Below are positions 61,544-64,000 of a stretch of DNA of 64,000 nt, one piece after another (the stretch's first letter is position 1; every line of letters starts with the position of its first letter). The notes below the pieces were generated by a model that had not been told where the DNA came from, searched no databases, and worked only from the letters and a program-made list of their open reading frames with translations. Location: positions 8,906 through 72,905 of the forward strand of contig DATCTN010000021.1 in assembly GCA_036567965.1 (NCBI GenBank). The letters are read 5' to 3'. Origin of the DNA: Candidatus Kryptoniota bacterium (GTDB lineage Bacteria; Bacteroidota; Ignavibacteria; Kryptoniales; JAKASW01). The position numbers and the translations under genes are program-made.

Positions 61544-62902
61544 GTGAGAACGTTATCAATCATAGATAGACAGAAACTCGTCGAGTGCGTCGCGAGGTTT
61601 GCGGCGGTCGCAGTTGCGATTTCCATTCTCTCGCTCGTCGGTTGTAGTAAGAGCAGCTCAACTGGCCCAACAGCTCAGTCGTCGACAATTCGTGGAACCG
61701 TGACGGACGATCAGGGTACACTTTCTGCGGGCAAGTTAGGAAAGACAGATGCCGCTGTTCAGGGTGCGGTGGTTTTAGCCGCACGCGTACTTGCGGATGG
61801 AACACTCAGTCCTATGTCCGATTCGGCACAGACTGACGCCAACGGTCACTTTATGGTGACATGCGACGCCACAAATATCACCAACGCGGTCGTGATAGCG
61901 ACAAAGGCAGGAGTCAAATGGGAAGGAGTCGTGAGTAGTAATCTTGCGCAAGGAGCGACTGAAACGTGCGCGCCGTTAAATACTCAGACAACAGCTCAAG
62001 CCGAAGTGTACATTAAGATGGTGACTGATGTCGGTGCAGACGGGGTTGTCTTTGACGATGTGGGACTCTACGTAAGCTCAGAAGTTGCAGCCGCGGTCCA
62101 ATATAATCTCGCCGCTCATTCACAGGTGGCAGGAGCCATTGAAGCTGGTGAATCCGCCTGGCAAAGTGCGATGGTGAACTCCTCGATCGGAAATTCTTCG
62201 CAGCAGGGAATTCAGGCGATAATATATGCAAGGATGTCCGCTCAGGGGGATTATCAATCGGCGCTCTACGCCGCAGGCGAAAACCAAACCTCGGTGCAGA
62301 CGGCATTCAGAAGCTATGAGGCAGACGAGCTTGGTCTTTACACTACAGGCGATTTGAGCACCGATGGGGCGGCTAAGGTCCACGAGGTAGTCGCCAGAGC
62401 GATGATGAACGCAACAGTCAATGCGAGCACCGATGTCAGGCTGGCGCTTTGCAGACAAGCCGCGGATATCAGGGCGTATATGATAAGCACAGCGGTCCGG
62501 GCGCAGCTGCAATTGCTCGGAGCAACCCACGAAGAACTAAATAACGCCGACACCGCTTACTCAACTCTTGTGACATCTATTTCGGCATCATCCACAATCG
62601 ACTTGATTGCCGCTTCTTTTCTGTCTTATCATAGTTCGATAGTTACACTCACCGGTGGAATTAGTGGAGTGAACGCCTCGACGATGGCAGATCTGGACGG
62701 TCAGATAAACGCTGGCGGAGCGGCGAAGACCATACTTCTCTCCGCGGTTAGCACGCAGCTAACGCCCCAGTCTCTGGCTCAAGCTTATGCTTCCTTTTTT
62801 GCCACAGTTAATTCGTCCGTCACCGCGGGCATGACAGGCATGACCGGCGCGAAAGTTCAAGCGGTGGCTGAAATTCTGATGCTCACAAATATGACTGCCT
62901 GA
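61544..62902 (+). CDS. Ala-rich lipoprotein with an N-terminal CarboxypepD_reg-like domain
   Basis: GGAGGAG lies 5 nt upstream of the GTG at 61544. Lipobox ISILSLVGCS. STIRGTVTDDQGT...ANGHFMVT is a Cna/CarboxypepD_reg-like beta-sandwich, followed by about 330 aa of Ala/Ser/Thr-rich helical sequence. The ORF-track start at 61475 is an alternative. Confidence 0.55.
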   Translation: MRTLSIIDRQKLVECVARFAAVAVAISILSLVGCSKSSSTGPTAQSSTIRGTVTDDQGTLSAGKLGKTDAAVQGAVVLAARVLADGTLSPMSDSAQTDANGHFMVTCDATNITNAVVIATKAGVKWEGVVSSNLAQGATETCAPLNTQTTAQAEVYIKMVTDVGADGVVFDDVGLYVSSEVAAAVQYNLAAHSQVAGAIEAGESAWQSAMVNSSIGNSSQQGIQAIIYARMSAQGDYQSALYAAGENQTSVQTAFRSYEADELGLYTTGDLSTDGAAKVHEVVARAMMNATVNASTDVRLALCRQAADIRAYMISTAVRAQLQLLGATHEELNNADTAYSTLVTSISASSTIDLIAASFLSYHSSIVTLTGGISGVNASTMADLDGQINAGGAAKTILLSAVSTQLTPQSLAQAYASFFATVNSSVTAGMTGMTGAKVQAVAEILMLTNMTA

Positions 62903-63326
62903 CCGGTAAGAACGGATTTGAATTTCGATGCGAAGTGTCGTCGAACCAGTGCGAGCCACAGTGCCCGAGCCGCTGAACGGGTCACCCCTTCGTTAGAACT
63001 TACACACACGTGAATGAGTCATATATGCTGGTGTCGAAGATTATGCTAGCGCACCAAATTGTATACCACCCAATCTATAACTTTTTTATTCGGCATAATT
63101 ATTCTCTCTCCCTCAGTGTACCATTTCCGCAATAGTCCTTTGGACCTCACCAAACGATGGAGCCGGTCGGACCGTCTGAGCATGACGGTGAGGGTCGGTC
63201 GAGTCGGCGCCGGACCTTTTGCTCATGAGGACGGGACTCATTATTTTTTGTCGAAAGAGAAGGAGGATCTGACTGAAAGCAAAACGAGTTGATTTCCCTG
63301 CGCAGAAATTGTTTTGGCGTATCAGA

Positions 63327-64000
63327 TTGACTGCTCGCATCGTAGTGCTTCAAATATTACTTATCGCCTTGTGCCGGCAATGTGGGGCACAAATCGCCGA
63401 TTTCAAGAATTACTCTGTCCGCGAAGGATTGCTGTCTAACGCCGTAGGCGCGTTGTGTCAGAATTCGATCGGGTACTTGTGGATAGGGACCAGTGACGGC
63501 GTAAGTGTGTATGACGGCCTGACTTTTCAAAACTACACGTTCGCGAACGGTCTTCCGTCGAGCCAGGTCAATTGCATCATGGAAGACAAGCAACAGAGAG
63601 GAGTGATGTGGATCGGGACCAATGGAGGGGGAATCAGCAGGTTTGAGCAGGGGACATTTACGAACTATCGAGTCGGTACCACTGCATGGTCTGACAGGAT
63701 AAACGGCATCGCAGAAGATGACTTTGGAACTTTGTATTGTGCCACTGATGATGGCCTCTACAAAATGAAGGACGACTCATCGACGTTCTTAAGTCGGGAG
63801 TTTAGCAAAGGTGTTTACGAGAAGATAGTCTGTAAAGGAGACACTCTTCTATTCGTATCTGAAGGGGTCTTTCTTGTTGCATACAACGTCAGGAGCGGGG
63901 ACTATCATGCTTTAAGTATCTCAAAAAGAGCGACGGAAGAAATATCTTCGTTTGCATTCGATTCCAGGAACCAGCTATGGATCTCGTGCGCCGACGGTAC
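63327..64000 (+). CDS. Second two-component-regulator-propeller sensor, 5' part. It continues past the window end.
   Basis: The frame is open from 63273 to base 64000 and is absent from the ORF track because no stop is reached. Signal-like IVVLQILLIALCRQCGAQ, then propeller repeats (GLLSNAVGALCQNSIGYLWIGTSDGVSVYDG, GLPSSQVNCIMEDKQQRGVMWIGTNGGGISRF). The start codon is uncertain (TTG 63327 or GTG 63345). Confidence 0.7.
   Translation, partial: MTARIVVLQILLIALCRQCGAQIADFKNYSVREGLLSNAVGALCQNSIGYLWIGTSDGVSVYDGLTFQNYTFANGLPSSQVNCIMEDKQQRGVMWIGTNGGGISRFEQGTFTNYRVGTTAWSDRINGIAEDDFGTLYCATDDGLYKMKDDSSTFLSREFSKGVYEKIVCKGDTLLFVSEGVFLVAYNVRSGDYHALSISKRATEEISSFAFDSRNQLWISCADG

Noticed and set aside
63059-63292. 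77-aa ORF upstream of the second sensor gene.
   Set aside because: It has no RBS and a low-complexity N-terminus, and it overlaps antisense ORFs of similar length, so it is likely a spurious ORF in a promoter region.
1-64000. I scanned for CRISPR arrays, rRNA genes, tRNA genes, integrases and transposases.
   Set aside because: I saw no regularly spaced direct repeats, no rRNA-like conserved blocks, no cloverleaf candidates, and no DDE or tyrosine-recombinase motifs in any long ORF.

Overview
This is a 64-kb chromosomal window from a Gram-negative bacterium, probably of the FCB superphylum (Ignavibacteriota/Bacteroidota-like). That placement is an inference from at least four proteins that end in the type-IX-secretion C-terminal sorting domain (NYPNPFNPST...GVYFYRL...KK(L/M)(L/V)L(L/V)K). 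Coding density is high. I found no rRNA, tRNA, CRISPR array or intact transposase.

Contents in order:
1. A small defence-like islet: the tail of an RM specificity protein, a PD-(D/E)xK nuclease, and a membrane protein coupled to a minimal nucleotidyltransferase, followed by orphan small genes.
2. Three tandem T9SS cargo genes.
3. nagA.
4. A structured 150-bp inverted-repeat element.
5. A surface-structure locus. It holds a tail-fibre-like protein and a 760-aa T9SS cargo protein. These are followed by four SCPU/DUF4402-like pilin subunits, a PapD-like chaperone, and an usher-like protein of about 1180 aa carrying C-terminal CpoB/YbgF-type TPR repeats.
6. An MFS transporter, a large clan GH-A hydrolase, an acyl-CoA ligase and an ABC exporter.
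7. A Y_Y_Y propeller sensor with an unusual 4-Cys cytoplasmic tail.
8. A ten-gene minus-strand operon. It joins an SDR, a GH42, a PMI-like isomerase and a sugar porter to a corrinoid methyl-transfer system: three MtaA/UROD-like proteins, a corrinoid protein, a MetH activation-domain protein and a homocysteine methyltransferase. I consider this the most interesting candidate for a new system.
9. An aldo-keto reductase.
10. Four non-canonical pseudopilin-like genes.
11. A five-gene LPP20/LpoB-type lipoprotein cluster.
12. The 5' part of a second propeller sensor.

All functional calls rest on motifs read by eye. No searches were run.
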